64,000 nt of DNA from a virus. Lineage: Duplodnaviria > Caudoviricetes. A model generated the notes under the pieces. It made no database searches. It saw only the letters and a list, made by a program, of their open reading frames with translations, and had not been told where the DNA came from. The DNA lies in IMG/VR virus record IMGVR_UViG_3300012231_000010, positions 1,538 to 65,537 of that record; one strand, written 5' to 3'. Every line of letters begins with the position of its first letter. The first letter of the stretch is position 1. A program made the position numbers and the translations under genes. Positions 18,886 to 31,387 of the stretch are shown one piece after another.

Positions 18886-20127
18886 TTAAAACTCCTCGAT
18901 GATTAGACACTCAGGGCCCGTAAAGCACCCGCCGTCTCGGTAATACCTGCCGGTGGGGACATCGTCAATTCCCTTGATACCAGTCCAACCGATGACAAAA
19001 TCCACACCGTCAAAAAAGATGATATCTAACCGCCAGCCAAACCCGCTTGCATTTGTGGGGTGGTCTGTGATATAGTAGACATCCGCTGAATTGATTTGGA
19101 TCCCATTGATGGTGGCCGCCGAAGCAATCGCCCAATCTGCGAAACTTGGAAGCCCAAGCAAACGGTCCGTGAACGCGCCATCCCATTCGGGGTCCGCGCT
19201 TCCATTGGCTGTGCATGTCCCAACCCATATGCTTGGATTGTAGTCTTGAATTCTGACTTGAAGCGGGAACACTGGAAAAGAACCGGTCCGCTTCAACTGG
19301 AATGTAGGGTTGGGAGCCCCCGCAACGGGATTAGTAGCCACACCAAATCGGCCAAAAGAGACTGAAATGTCCCCCGCAGTTGTATGATAGAATTCATGCT
19401 CAAGCCCGGTGGGGACGAGGGCTTCGACTGCGGCCTGTGACGCGCCGAACTTACCAACCCCGCCATCCGGATCAAAGCTGGATGCGCCGTTATCCCAAAA
19501 CCAATCGTAGCTATTAAATTTCCAGTCACCGGGATTAGGATTATCGTCTTCCTTATACGCGCCGCCAGTGTAAATGATCTTGAACCGGCCGATGGCAAAC
19601 GACCCAAAATCGTCTGTGTGCGATGCGACAAACGGATCGGGCGTGAGCGAACCTAAGTCAGTATCCTCGGGGGTCAACAGCCCGTCCTGGGTATCCGTCC
19701 CGGACTCACTCGGACAATCTCCGGGATCCACCGGTGGTTCTCCGGGATTCGTTGCAGTCACTTCGGGAGACAACGGAGTTTCCCCCTCAGGAGTAATGGC
19801 GGACACCCGATAATAGAAAGTCCCTGCGCCGGGGTTATCCGAGTAAGACCGGCCTGCCTGACAAGTGGAAATCAATTGATATGGTCCGCCTGGAGCCAGT
19901 GCGCGATACACATTATAGCAGATGGCGCGGCGGACCGCATTCCAGCGCAACGAAAACGTCCCGGTCCCCTCGACCAGCAAACCGGTGGGATACGTAAGTT
20001 CATCAAAGGGGAGAATGCTAATTTCCACGTCGCCCGAAGCGGACGCGATCTCATGGCACACGAGCGGGGAGATATAGTCGATGACAAACTCTCGGCGCGT
20101 GATCGGGCGTGAAACGTCTAAAGGCAT
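18886..20127 (-). CDS. Structural protein with FN3-like domain
   Basis: FSLRWNAVRRAICYNVYR...YYRVSAITPEGETPLSPEV is an FN3 pattern; lies in tail module. Confidence 0.6.
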   Translation of the reverse strand: MPLDVSRPITRREFVIDYISPLVCHEIASASGDVEISILPFDELTYPTGLLVEGTGTFSLRWNAVRRAICYNVYRALAPGGPYQLISTCQAGRSYSDNPGAGTFYYRVSAITPEGETPLSPEVTATNPGEPPVDPGDCPSESGTDTQDGLLTPEDTDLGSLTPDPFVASHTDDFGSFAIGRFKIIYTGGAYKEDDNPNPGDWKFNSYDWFWDNGASSFDPDGGVGKFGASQAAVEALVPTGLEHEFYHTTAGDISVSFGRFGVATNPVAGAPNPTFQLKRTGSFPVFPLQVRIQDYNPSIWVGTCTANGSADPEWDGAFTDRLLGLPSFADWAIASAATINGIQINSADVYYITDHPTNASGFGWRLDIIFFDGVDFVIGWTGIKGIDDVPTGRYYRDGGCFTGPECLIIEEF

Positions 20128-22097
20128 GCCGCATCAACTCCTCCCAGAACTGGCGGAACATCACGCTCCAGCTCATGCGCGATTCGGGCGCGGGCAATCG
20201 CATCCGCGATTTTATCAGCGTCCTTTTGGCTGATTACTGACTGCGCATCCCCCGTTTGCACGCTGAATATCCCCTTAACCGAATCCGCGACGGAAACATT
20301 CGCCGTGAACTTGTCCACGGGCGCAGCCAACGTGTCATAAATCGCGTCTAGCGTCCCTTCCTCGGAAACGCCGTCGAACCGAACCGCGTTCTCTTCGGTC
20401 TCGTCAACCTCACACTTGCCGCTCAAGATGTCATTGACCGGATCCAGGAACATCCGGATTCCGCGAACCGCTCCAGGACCGCTCCCAACAATGAAAAGTT
20501 GAAACGCATCATCGAGGGTTTCCTTGAGGGAGTATTCCACGCCACACGAGCTATCCTGGGACTCGGGCATCGTTCGAACATCCTGCGTTCGAATCCGGCG
20601 AGACTGCTTCTTGAACGAAAAAACGTCCTCGTCCATCGTCAACTCCCGATCAAACCTCATGGACCCCTCGGCCGCCCGGATGCGCTTGGCCAGAATCTTT
20701 TTGTAGGCCCCCCGGGACGCGCCCGCCCAGAACACGGCAACATCGACATCGCCCTGTAGTTCCGACAGGAACACATCGGCGTATCGAAATTCTTTGTCCT
20801 GTAGGGGGCCCTTCGCAAAATAGCCACGAGTCTCCAGGGTCCAGGTGATGGGGCATCCTTCGTCCTTCCGCTCGGGCAAGAACGCTTCCCACATACGATT
20901 CACTCCATCATAATCGGTGGAGCTGTAAAAAGCGCGCTCGATGTCCAGGACGCTGCCAACTGCCCACTCCACCGGCCGGGTTCCTGTCCAGTAAGTATTC
21001 CACGCTACGGGGGCGCGCCCGCTAAGCGTGTCCGCAATGGAATTGTCCAGGACCCAGGTATGCCGATTGTAAGTGTCCCCATAGGGAACGCTGACCAGCA
21101 AATAATTCTCGTAAGCGGCAATAACGATTCCAGACAAGTCTCCTCGGAGATAGCCCTTGCTCACCGACATTTCATTATCAACGTAAGGAAGCCGGGAGGT
21201 TTGCTGCGCCAATGAGGCGGCGTCAAACGACGTAAGACCGAAGTTAGAAAACCACCAAAGCAAGCCATAGTGAGCCCGGATGGACTTAGGGGCGCGGCAC
21301 CCGATCTCGGGCAGCACAACCCGCTGAAAATCCGGGGTGTTTGCCCACTCGTCACGCGAGCGAATGCTGGCCTTGAACAGGCTGGTAGTGTTCGTAGTGA
21401 AGACGAGCAACTGCTGGAATTCCAAGCTGGGCGTAATGGCCATGCCGGTCACTTCCTCAGACAGGATGAAGAACGGATTGCCGCCCAAGTAAGTGTCCTC
21501 GGTAAAGCTGAAAGGATCTGCGATATCTGACGCAAAAACCTTGGACCCACGGGCCACCCAGAGACGATCCCCAACCCAAGCCATCGGCCCGCCAATCGGG
21601 GTCAAACTATTTTGGATCGGATTAGTATTTCGAAGATGATCCGAGTTGGAACCGTCAAAATACACTGGAGGCGAGACTCCATCCTGTAGAATGAGAATCG
21701 AGCGAGGCTCCACCACAGTCAGCGATCCATCCGCATTACGCTCAACGGACTTCTCCGCGATGACCCAATGCACGCGGTCCGCCGTTTCGGCAAGGAGAAC
21801 GTTGTCCAATCGGCGGTAGCTGTCGAACGGAAGATTGCTGACGTAAACGCGGCCGTCAACAACGAAAATAATCTGCTCAGGGGATTCCTTGGGCCGGAAC
21901 AACAGCGACGCCTGGATCTTCCCGGCGGGCATCGCGAACAGGCAACGATACCCGGGACGGCACTGCACGATTCCACCACGGTTCAGTGTATTCATCGACT
22001 GCGCAAAAAACCCTGGGTCGATCTGCGCCGGGTCGAACAGACTGTTCATCCCCAGCGCGAACGTTGTATCCCCATCGACTTGGCGCTGCGTAGACAT
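20118..22097 (-). CDS. Tail tube B / packaged-DNA stabilisation-like (beta-propeller) protein
   Basis: 659 aa, beta-rich (GDRLWVARGSKVFASDI...); position after adaptor gene in a podovirus-like module. Confidence 0.6.
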   Translation of the reverse strand: MSTQRQVDGDTTFALGMNSLFDPAQIDPGFFAQSMNTLNRGGIVQCRPGYRCLFAMPAGKIQASLLFRPKESPEQIIFVVDGRVYVSNLPFDSYRRLDNVLLAETADRVHWVIAEKSVERNADGSLTVVEPRSILILQDGVSPPVYFDGSNSDHLRNTNPIQNSLTPIGGPMAWVGDRLWVARGSKVFASDIADPFSFTEDTYLGGNPFFILSEEVTGMAITPSLEFQQLLVFTTNTTSLFKASIRSRDEWANTPDFQRVVLPEIGCRAPKSIRAHYGLLWWFSNFGLTSFDAASLAQQTSRLPYVDNEMSVSKGYLRGDLSGIVIAAYENYLLVSVPYGDTYNRHTWVLDNSIADTLSGRAPVAWNTYWTGTRPVEWAVGSVLDIERAFYSSTDYDGVNRMWEAFLPERKDEGCPITWTLETRGYFAKGPLQDKEFRYADVFLSELQGDVDVAVFWAGASRGAYKKILAKRIRAAEGSMRFDRELTMDEDVFSFKKQSRRIRTQDVRTMPESQDSSCGVEYSLKETLDDAFQLFIVGSGPGAVRGIRMFLDPVNDILSGKCEVDETEENAVRFDGVSEEGTLDAIYDTLAAPVDKFTANVSVADSVKGIFSVQTGDAQSVISQKDADKIADAIARARIAHELERDVPPVLGGVDAACL

Positions 22098-23047
22098 TAT
22101 TCGACATCATCCCGCTTGTCCTGAACCGCAACGTTGTCGTTGACCTGAATTGGGGACTGCGCGGGGGGATTCCCGGTGAGTTGCTTCTGGGCCATGAAGC
22201 GGGCCGCCGTCGCCTCGAAACTCTCGGCGTTAGCGATGTCCACTTCGTCGTAAAATTTCAGCGCGCGCAGCATCATCAAGACGGCGGAACGCGAGTTGAT
22301 CGGAATGAAGTCTTGTTGGCTCCGAATTTTGAACAACCGCTTTCGGTAGAACATCCGAATCCACCCGCCACAATTCCGAGAAAGCTTGATCCGGCGGTAG
22401 AGGGATTCATTATCGTCCCAGTCCATGATGGCCAGAAGCGTGCCCGTGAAAGTGGAGTTGTCGAAGGATGAAATGCGAATCACCCCAAGGGTATCATCTT
22501 TGCGAATCGCGGTAACCCGGGAAAAAGTGGGGGCATCAGACGCGGGGAGCGCATACCCAAAAATCGTTGGGACAAGGTAACCTCGCTTCCACTCGCTACC
22601 GACAAGCGTGCGAATCTCCCGGCCCTGCTCGTCTAGGCCGTAGACCCATACTTCCTTCCCGGCGTCGTCCGCCTTGTCAACGAAGGCGACAATCTTAGAT
22701 GGGCACTTGATATCCCTGAAGGTAGGATAGCTGCCCAGGTCATTCCAGGACAGATTGCAGTCCGAAGTCCAGCCGCAGTCCCCCGGGCCATTGTAGTGAT
22801 ACGTGAAAAGCTGATCCCGGGCGATGGAGGGTTTTCCTCCAATGTTGAGCGCCAGAATCGTCTCCACGTCTCGGGGCAGACTAACAAATTCCCCGTCTGT
22901 GCAGATATCCACTTGCCCAAGCTGCGGATCAAAGTCGCCATGCGTGGAAAGAATGTCAATGGCCTCCGTAATCTGGCTAAAGATTGTGGCCTCGGCACAT
23001 GTGCCGAGAATCTTGACCGCGTCCTCGTAAATATCAGCGACAATCAT
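22097..23047 (-). CDS. Head-tail adaptor / tail tube A-like protein
   Basis: 316 aa, VSLPRDVETILAL segment; synteny with the tail tube B-like gene. Confidence 0.5.
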   Translation of the reverse strand: MIVADIYEDAVKILGTCAEATIFSQITEAIDILSTHGDFDPQLGQVDICTDGEFVSLPRDVETILALNIGGKPSIARDQLFTYHYNGPGDCGWTSDCNLSWNDLGSYPTFRDIKCPSKIVAFVDKADDAGKEVWVYGLDEQGREIRTLVGSEWKRGYLVPTIFGYALPASDAPTFSRVTAIRKDDTLGVIRISSFDNSTFTGTLLAIMDWDDNESLYRRIKLSRNCGGWIRMFYRKRLFKIRSQQDFIPINSRSAVLMMLRALKFYDEVDIANAESFEATAARFMAQKQLTGNPPAQSPIQVNDNVAVQDKRDDVE

Positions 23048-23098
23048 GCTTAGTTTTCTCCCGATAGTTAAAGCATGGCTTTATCTATCGCGCCGAAA

Positions 23099-23410
23099 TT
23101 AATCTTCGTCGCGTTCTGCGAGAAGTTCCTTCAGCTTATCCAGCTCTGCACCCCGGTCAGAGTAGGCTTCGACCTTCTTGTAATTGCCGATCTCCCGGAT
23201 CTCCAGGACCAGTTCGTGCTTGCCGGTCTTCATGTCCTTAGTATCGCGGACCATCTTGAACTTGATAACAGCCTCCCCCTCCTCGGGAAGTTCAAGGTCA
23301 CCCACCCCGTCAATGTAGATCGTGGGGTAGTATTTCTCACCCTTTTCGGGCATCTTTTCAGGCCCACAACAAGGGGATCCCATTTCTTTACCAAGGTCGA
23401 TCATCGGCAT
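23099..23410 (-). CDS. Hypothetical protein
   Basis: 103-aa ORF headed by a class II promoter. Confidence 0.65.
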   Translation of the reverse strand: MPMIDLGKEMGSPCCGPEKMPEKGEKYYPTIYIDGVGDLELPEEGEAVIKFKMVRDTKDMKTGKHELVLEIREIGNYKKVEAYSDRGAELDKLKELLAERDED

Positions 23411-23443
23411 AACTTAAGGTGTTGGATTTTGGGCGGATGTAAA
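23411..23443 (-). promoter_or_regulatory. Class II (putative late) promoter
   Basis: TTTACA-N16-CACCTT-N5-ATG. Confidence 0.55.
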
Positions 23444-24495
23444 CTTAACGGTATCCCATCCTTGGTCCCACAAAAGGTTCAATCGGTCGAAATATTTCTG
23501 GTAAGCATGCTTCAGGTTGTGCAAGGAATATTTGCTAACGGCCCGCTTCCGTATGTATTTGCAATCCAAGGAAGCAGCGCGGCGCATCGCCTCAGCAAAC
23601 TCCCCAAGATAATTGCAACGGAAACCAGTCTTTCCGTGCTCCACGGTCTCGACAAAACCACCCCAGTCCGAACTGATTACGGGAGTTCCGCACAACTGCG
23701 CCTCTACTGCGACGCTGCCAAACGGCTCAATATAGAGCGTGGGGCACAGCAGCATGCTTGCGCGGCTCATATACTCGTTCCGGGTGGCCATGTCTACGGC
23801 TCCAACATACTCCGCGCCATGCGTGACCAAAGACAGATCACCGTGCCCGATCACCTTTAACGGTATGCCCGCCGCCTGGGCCGCCTGACAAGCGATTGTC
23901 ACTCCCTTCTTCTGAGTAAGCCGCCCAACATACAGGGCGAATGGGTCTTTATTTCGGCGAAACTCGAATTCGTCCTCGTCAAAAAACAAGGGAATCACGT
24001 CATCAAAAAACCGCCCATCAACCTGCCCTTGGGCACCCGAACTCCAGGCGCGCCAACTGTGAGACTCGTAAACACGATACTTGGCAAATGAGGAAACGTA
24101 GCCGATGGAATACTCCACGGTCATCAAATCGGGATGTGCATTAGCGATACACTCCTGGGACGTTCCGCCAATCGTGAGTATAAAATCGCGCGGCTGTTTA
24201 CGCTTCCCAATCTCCAACGCGGCGCGAGTATTGGCCAAGGACCACAACGGATATCCCGAATTGAACAGCGCGGCATACTGGTAATCACACCCGTTGAGTA
24301 TTGTGGTTTGTTCCTCTTTCGTGATTACCGTAACCAGCTCGTCGCAGAGGGCCTCGTTCTCCTCAGACGCATAAAGAATAACAGTGTGCCCCAGGTCTTT
24401 CAACAATTTGGCCATGCGAATCGTGGCCATGCAAAAACCGTCAAGTGAATACTCGCGGGTTGTCTGAACATTTGGAAGAGCCAAAAGATGAAATC

Positions 24496-24499
<4 letters not shown>
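23414..24499 (-). CDS. Glycosyltransferase, GT-B fold (family 4-like)
   Basis: [11 protein letters not shown] and [36 protein letters not shown] (EX7E motif); ATGA overlap with collagen gene. Confidence 0.9.
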
Positions 24500-26497
<1,998 letters not shown>

Positions 26498-26505
<8 letters not shown>

Positions 26506-27355
26506 ATCCACCTCCGAGATCCGTCCGGAGTTGCTGGACGGCATCAAAAAAATCGCTGCTCTGGCCTGAAGTAAGATGCGTGTGGAGCGCCATAAAGGAT
26601 AGACGACGCGAGCATGGGAAAGCTAATGTCCCAACATTGTTGGAGCCATGCACATAAAACGGGCGAACTGCCGGAAGGGTGCCCACTTTTGCACCCGAGT
26701 AGGAACCAAGTAGCGCATGTGCGGTCCCCGAGTTTGCCCGGTATACTTCCAGGTCAGTAGAGCTAACGCGCATCATGCAGACATACCCGGCGAAAAGATT
26801 ATTGGCAATAGAAACAACATTCGTCCCACTGGGGGTGCTATAATTAAGCAAAGTGGACGACAAGGCCAAATGATGTAATTGCTCGACTCCACCGCTATCG
26901 GTCGCCCCGCCATCTCGTTTGTCTTGGTTCAACGCATCGAACGTATAAAGTGTATACCCATGGCTGTTCGATGGCGCGGGAAATTCAGTTTCGAGGAGCA
27001 CCCCGGTATTCCAAGCCATTGATGTCCCGTTGCCCTTAAGGCCGTCCACCGTCAGCTCGGACGAAGTAAAAGGGCCAATGTTCGTCCAGGGATCGCTTCC
27101 GGTCCCCACAAGATAGGGCGTGCTGCACGCGATCAAACTATCGGGGGCGTAAATGTTGACGACCTTCATCTTTGAATCAATCCCGGCGGCTACCAGGGCG
27201 TCCCAAAAAACATCGAGAGCATTCAGAGTTGTTTCAGATGGCGCAGCGCCGCCATTGGCGACGACACGCGCCGCCCAAGACAGCGTGCCCGAACCGTGGC
27301 TTTCAGTGGCACGTGCCAGGAACGCCGGATCGTGGATGGAGAATGGACGGATCAT
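26498..27355 (-). CDS. Hypothetical structural protein (beta-sandwich/lectin-like)
   Basis: Start re-called to ATG 27355 ([13 protein letters not shown]); lies in fibre cluster. Confidence 0.6.
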
Positions 27356-27474
27356 GGTTTCGGGGGTTTTGGTGGTTTCGGGAGTTTCGGGAGTTTCGGG
27401 GGTTTTTTCGTGACCACTGGCTGGGCTGAGCACGAAAGAAACGCTGGATCATGGATGGTTAGCGGCCGGTTCAT
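27352..27474 (-). CDS. 40-aa micro-[43 protein letters not shown]
   Basis: ATGA overlaps at both ends; N-terminus paralogous to that of the downstream gene; below ORF-track length cutoff. Confidence 0.6.
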   Translation of the reverse strand: MNRPLTIHDPAFLSCSAQPVVTKKPPKLPKLPKPPKPPKP

Positions 27475-28241
27475 GGTTGCTCCGCATACGCAGCAACAAT
27501 ACTAGCATCCGTTGTGCTTGAGCAATACAAAGTCAGCACGGCTTTTTTACTCGCGGCTACCCCCGTGGGGGCGGCTGCGCCAACAAACACCCAGGCCGGG
27601 AAAACGAAAGTGCGCGGCGTCCCGTCACAGGTGATGATGACCGTCACCTGACGGCCCGCCGCCTTATTAGACGTAGTGAACTCAATATTGCCGGTCAGCG
27701 AAATAGTCTTCACTGCATCCCCCGAGAAATCAACGTCAGTTGTGGCCGCATAGGTGAGCGTGGATTGCACAACGTCAATGTTCTTGGCCGTAGTGTGCCC
27801 ATTAGCCTCGCTGTAGATCAAATTTGCGCTCCCATTGAACGCACCACCGTCATTATACTGAACATGCGTATCCGACCCACCCGCCGCGCCAGCGGACCCA
27901 GTCGGGCCGGTTGGACCCGTGGGGCCAGTGGGACCCGAACCAGTGGGGCCGGTCGGTCCAGTGGGGCCGCTGGGGCCGGTCGGTCCAGTGGCACCCGCGC
28001 CGGTTGGGCCCGTCGGACCAGTAGGACCAGTTGGCCCTGCCAGACCGTCGGGACCCGTGGGGCCGGTAGGCCCTGTTGGGCCCGCTACAATGGAGTCCGC
28101 TCCAGTGGGGCCCCGCAAAAGTGAGGCGCGCGCGACGCGATCACGCAAAACACCGCCACCGATGTCTGTCGTGATAAGAAGCAGGGCATCGTCCTCGATT
28201 ACTCCGACTTCCGGGATTGTTCCGTCACCAAGTGTTGCCAT
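27471..28241 (-). CDS. Collagen-like fibre protein with C-terminal domain paralogous to that of 28448..29533
   Basis: (GPT)n tract, then [13 protein letters not shown]...AAYAEQP. Confidence 0.8.
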   Translation of the reverse strand: MATLGDGTIPEVGVIEDDALLLITTDIGGGVLRDRVARASLLRGPTGADSIVAGPTGPTGPTGPDGLAGPTGPTGPTGPTGAGATGPTGPSGPTGPTGPTGSGPTGPTGPTGPTGSAGAAGGSDTHVQYNDGGAFNGSANLIYSEANGHTTAKNIDVVQSTLTYAATTDVDFSGDAVKTISLTGNIEFTTSNKAAGRQVTVIITCDGTPRTFVFPAWVFVGAAAPTGVAASKKAVLTLYCSSTTDASIVAAYAEQP

Positions 28242-28244
28242 ATT

Positions 28245-28451
28245 TCAAAGCCTGAGATTTACCTGTGCGAGAATTCCGTCCATAAGCAAAACTTCAACGT
28301 TGCCGTCGGAGTTCACTTCGAGAATTGTGGGGCTCGCCAGATTTGTAACTTCGGGACCCACCACCGTTCGAAAAAACTTGTTATCGGGGCGCGCCCTTGG
28401 GATAGTCTGATCATCCAGTGTCTCAACGATCATTCGGGGTTGCGTGATCAT
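28245..28451 (-). CDS. Small hypothetical protein (68 aa)
   Basis: MITQPRMIVETL...; ATGA-coupled to upstream gene. Confidence 0.55.
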   Translation of the reverse strand: MITQPRMIVETLDDQTIPRARPDNKFFRTVVGPEVTNLASPTILEVNSDGNVEVLLMDGILAQVNLRL

Positions 28452-29533
28452 GGCTCTTCGGCGTAGGCAGCCCGTATATCTGTATCGTTGGCACCCGTGC
28501 AGTAGAGCGTCAAAACTGCGATCTTGCTGGCGGCAATCCCGGTGGGGGCCGCAGCGCCGACAAACTTCCAAGCAGGGAAAATGAAAGTGCGGGGAGTAGC
28601 GTCACATGTGATGTCAATCGTCAACTGCCGCCCGGCCGCCTTATTGGACGTGGTAAACTCAACGTTCCCAGTGAGGGCAATTTGCTTCACCCCGTCCCCG
28701 GCAAGATCAAGATTGGTAGTGGCCGCGTAGGTAAGCGCAGACAGGTTAATGACAACGTTCTTGGCGGATGTCAGGCCGGTGGCTTCGCTGTATGTGAGGT
28801 TTGCGCTCGCGTTGAGCACGCCGCCATCGTTATATTGCACTTGGGTATCTGCCCCGCCAATGGCGGCCGGATCTCCCTGCGGACCCGGATCTCCCTGCGG
28901 ACCCGGATCTCCCTGCGGACCCGGATCTCCTTGCGCGGCGGCGGAACCCGAAAGTCCGCGCGGCCCAGAAACAGTGACAAGCGCGCCAAGTGCGACTATT
29001 GTCCCCTCAGATATGGTCCCCTCGATCAATGTTAGGGATAGCGTTCCCCCACTGACAAGCTGGATTTCACTCCACCCAGACCCATTGATATAGACAACCT
29101 GCCCGGCTTCCAAAATTGGATTGGCCAAAACTTCGACCGTGAAATTGCCGCTTGGAGCTGGCTGGGTAAACTGGCAAAGGGTCACCGTGAAAGCATTGTG
29201 CCCATCCACACCATCCGGGCCAGCGGCACCCTGTGGCCCAGTAAGGCCCGTAATACCATTTGCGAACAGGCGGAGAAAATAGCACGCGAGACCTTCGTCG
29301 GGAACCCGGGGGTTGTTCGCGAGGCCGACCGCCAAGTCGCATGGAAGCGTCCACACAACACGGCCGTCAACAACCGATTTCTCCACGCCCCCAAAAAAAT
29401 GGGTGATAAAATTCTCAAGCGCTGACGGGAGAGTTTCGCACGCCGCCGACTCCGTGGGGCAGGGCGCACAGGGGTTATCGCGGCAGCATCCGCCGCACGT
29501 CGAACCGGTAGAGGGATCACATCCGCAGCTCAT
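28448..29533 (-). CDS. Fibre-like protein: Cys-rich N-terminus, short collagen tracts, shared C-terminal domain
   Basis: MSCGCDPSTGSTCGGCC...; (QGDPGP)x3; GGADTQVQYNDGG...AAYAEEP. Confidence 0.75.
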   Translation of the reverse strand: MSCGCDPSTGSTCGGCCRDNPCAPCPTESAACETLPSALENFITHFFGGVEKSVVDGRVVWTLPCDLAVGLANNPRVPDEGLACYFLRLFANGITGLTGPQGAAGPDGVDGHNAFTVTLCQFTQPAPSGNFTVEVLANPILEAGQVVYINGSGWSEIQLVSGGTLSLTLIEGTISEGTIVALGALVTVSGPRGLSGSAAAQGDPGPQGDPGPQGDPGPQGDPAAIGGADTQVQYNDGGVLNASANLTYSEATGLTSAKNVVINLSALTYAATTNLDLAGDGVKQIALTGNVEFTTSNKAAGRQLTIDITCDATPRTFIFPAWKFVGAAAPTGIAASKIAVLTLYCTGANDTDIRAAYAEEP

Positions 29534-29536
29534 AAA

Positions 29537-29722
29537 TTACTTCCGGCCTTTCCACATCTTCCAAACCTTGGTCCCGATATACAGGACAGTGACCAGCGCC
29601 ACAAGACACTGGAGCAAAAGCAAAACGACGCTAATGTCGGCCGAATGGTCTTGCAGCCATCCCCGAAACCCCGCCAACCCCAGATTGGCCCCCACTACAC
29701 CCACAATTTTCATGTCGTCCAT
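29537..29722 (-). CDS. Small membrane protein, holin-like
   Basis: 61 aa, hydrophobic segment(s), basic C-terminus KVWKMWKGRK. Confidence 0.5.
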   Translation of the reverse strand: MDDMKIVGVVGANLGLAGFRGWLQDHSADISVVLLLLQCLVALVTVLYIGTKVWKMWKGRK

Positions 29723-29753
29723 GTTAAGGTCCTCGCTTTTTGGTTCTGGTCAA
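29723..29753 (-). promoter_or_regulatory. Class II (putative late) promoter
   Basis: TTGACC-N16-GACCTT-N3-ATG. Confidence 0.55.
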
Positions 29754-31313
29754 TTAGGGAATCTGCGCTGTCGTAAGAGTCCCCACGATAGTATGCCCCG
29801 CAGCCGTTAGATGGGTCCCGTCAACATAATAAGTCAAATTGAGATTGGCGTTTGCGGCCCCCAGGGTGGCATCAGCGGCCACATCGACAAGCGCGTCAGC
29901 AAAACTAGTCCAATGCGCCCGGATTAGCGCATTGAGGGATGACCGCTGAGTCTCGGCCGAACCCGAAATTGCAGTGCGCGGGAGGATTGTATAAACTAGG
30001 ACGTAGAACCCACGCGAACGGCAAGCCGCGCAATACGCCGCTAATTTTTGAAAGACGGTTTGCCCGGAATCTCCGTTCACAAGATCATTGGATCCCGCCC
30101 ACACAGTAAGGATATTCTGGGTAACCCGCCGGTCATAATAACGATTGGTAATACCCTGTCGGCGGTTAATCAAGTCCTGGACAACAGACCCACCAACAGC
30201 CAGATTATTGTAACCCCAAAGCGTCGGGGCCTTAGCAACGACAACCTTATGCGGGAATACTGCGGTGAGCGCAAGTCCCGCCCCGGTGGTAAGACTATCC
30301 CCCTCACAAGTAATCTGCCGAACAGTAAAGCCAGCGCGCGAAGCAAGGTAGATGTAGTGCCGCCAAGTCATAAGCTTGTCATCAACACCCGAACGGAAAA
30401 TAACTTCAACGATCTCAAAGTTACCGACCCCGCCGCCAGAGCTATTAGCGCACATCTTAAGTCCCGTCAACCCCGCCGCGCCTGGATCCCCGCCCACTTC
30501 AGACTGCTGATGGAACCGGGCTTTGGTGTTTGATCCAGACCATTTAGCGTCCAGGATACCATAACTCCCAACTGTCCAGGCGGTAAAAGTCGGTCCAGTG
30601 GTAACTCCTGTGCGCATACTAACGTTGGGGGCAACCACATTAGACTGGTGCATGAAAGCGTCACCAGCATCCGCGCCCTGGAAGAGGCGCTCAAATTGCG
30701 TGTATGTCACCTGCTTGGCAAGAAAATAACATGTGAATGGCTGGTCCAAAGTGAACGCGGCCGTTTGCAGATAATCGTCCCCGCCGTCAAACAGGACAGC
30801 GGGCAACCCGTTGAGCGCCCCGGCCTGAAGCGTAGGCCGATTCGTGGCCGCTGCGGGGGTCAAGTGCCGGGCGTTACCAGACCGGTCATTCCATTGGGTG
30901 ACCTCCGCCCCAGAAAGTGAAACACCAACATCCGAAGAATACCACGCTGCAAGATTTGTAGGATCATCTAACGGAACAAAAAGATCCTCCGACTCGACCG
31001 CTAGCCACTGGGCGACTAGCGAATTCTCGCCATCACCAGAATGTGGCATACCGCCGCGAAGGAGAACAATATTCGTCAGCAGCCGATTCTTTAGATCCAT
31101 TCCATGATAGTTCCCGCCAAGCGCCAAGATTATCTTGCGGAGAAGGTGAATATCATTGTCGTAGGGGGTAGCAGATCCGCCCTCCAACTCCAGGATCTTT
31201 CGGAGCAGATCCCGCTCCCGATCCCAGGGCGTCGCCTCTCCGCCTTTCGTCCAAACGATTTTTTGATACAGGGCACGAATGCCATCACCTGGACTTGCGA
31301 AGAATTGACTCAT
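29754..31313 (-). CDS. LamG/ConA-like domain plus SGNH/GDSL hydrolase, probable virion-associated esterase
   Basis: LAAWYSSD...VTQWNDRSGNARH lectin-like start; CEGDSLT, NLAVGG, WAGSNDL, VDGTHLTAAGH SGNH blocks. Confidence 0.8.
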   Translation of the reverse strand: MSQFFASPGDGIRALYQKIVWTKGGEATPWDRERDLLRKILELEGGSATPYDNDIHLLRKIILALGGNYHGMDLKNRLLTNIVLLRGGMPHSGDGENSLVAQWLAVESEDLFVPLDDPTNLAAWYSSDVGVSLSGAEVTQWNDRSGNARHLTPAAATNRPTLQAGALNGLPAVLFDGGDDYLQTAAFTLDQPFTCYFLAKQVTYTQFERLFQGADAGDAFMHQSNVVAPNVSMRTGVTTGPTFTAWTVGSYGILDAKWSGSNTKARFHQQSEVGGDPGAAGLTGLKMCANSSGGGVGNFEIVEVIFRSGVDDKLMTWRHYIYLASRAGFTVRQITCEGDSLTTGAGLALTAVFPHKVVVAKAPTLWGYNNLAVGGSVVQDLINRRQGITNRYYDRRVTQNILTVWAGSNDLVNGDSGQTVFQKLAAYCAACRSRGFYVLVYTILPRTAISGSAETQRSSLNALIRAHWTSFADALVDVAADATLGAANANLNLTYYVDGTHLTAAGHTIVGTLTTAQIP

Positions 31314-31325
31314 AAAAATATGATA

Positions 31326-31366
31326 GGAAAAACGGCCGCTTGCACTCTGCCATGCAAGCGGCCGTT
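31326..31366 (-). terminator. Intrinsic terminator after major capsid gene
   Basis: 14-bp perfect stem AACGGCCGCTTGCA/TGCAAGCGGCCGTT, 8-nt loop, U-run on - strand. Confidence 0.8.
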
Positions 31367-31387
31367 GACCATTTCTGAACCCGCCAA

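Noticed and set aside
27385-27415. Programmed -1 frameshift at G-AAA-AAA-CCC-CCG joining the micro-ORF to the next gene
   Set aside because: The -1 frame is open, but the site is not a canonical X XXY YYZ heptamer and ATGA coupling already explains expression; kept only as a remote possibility
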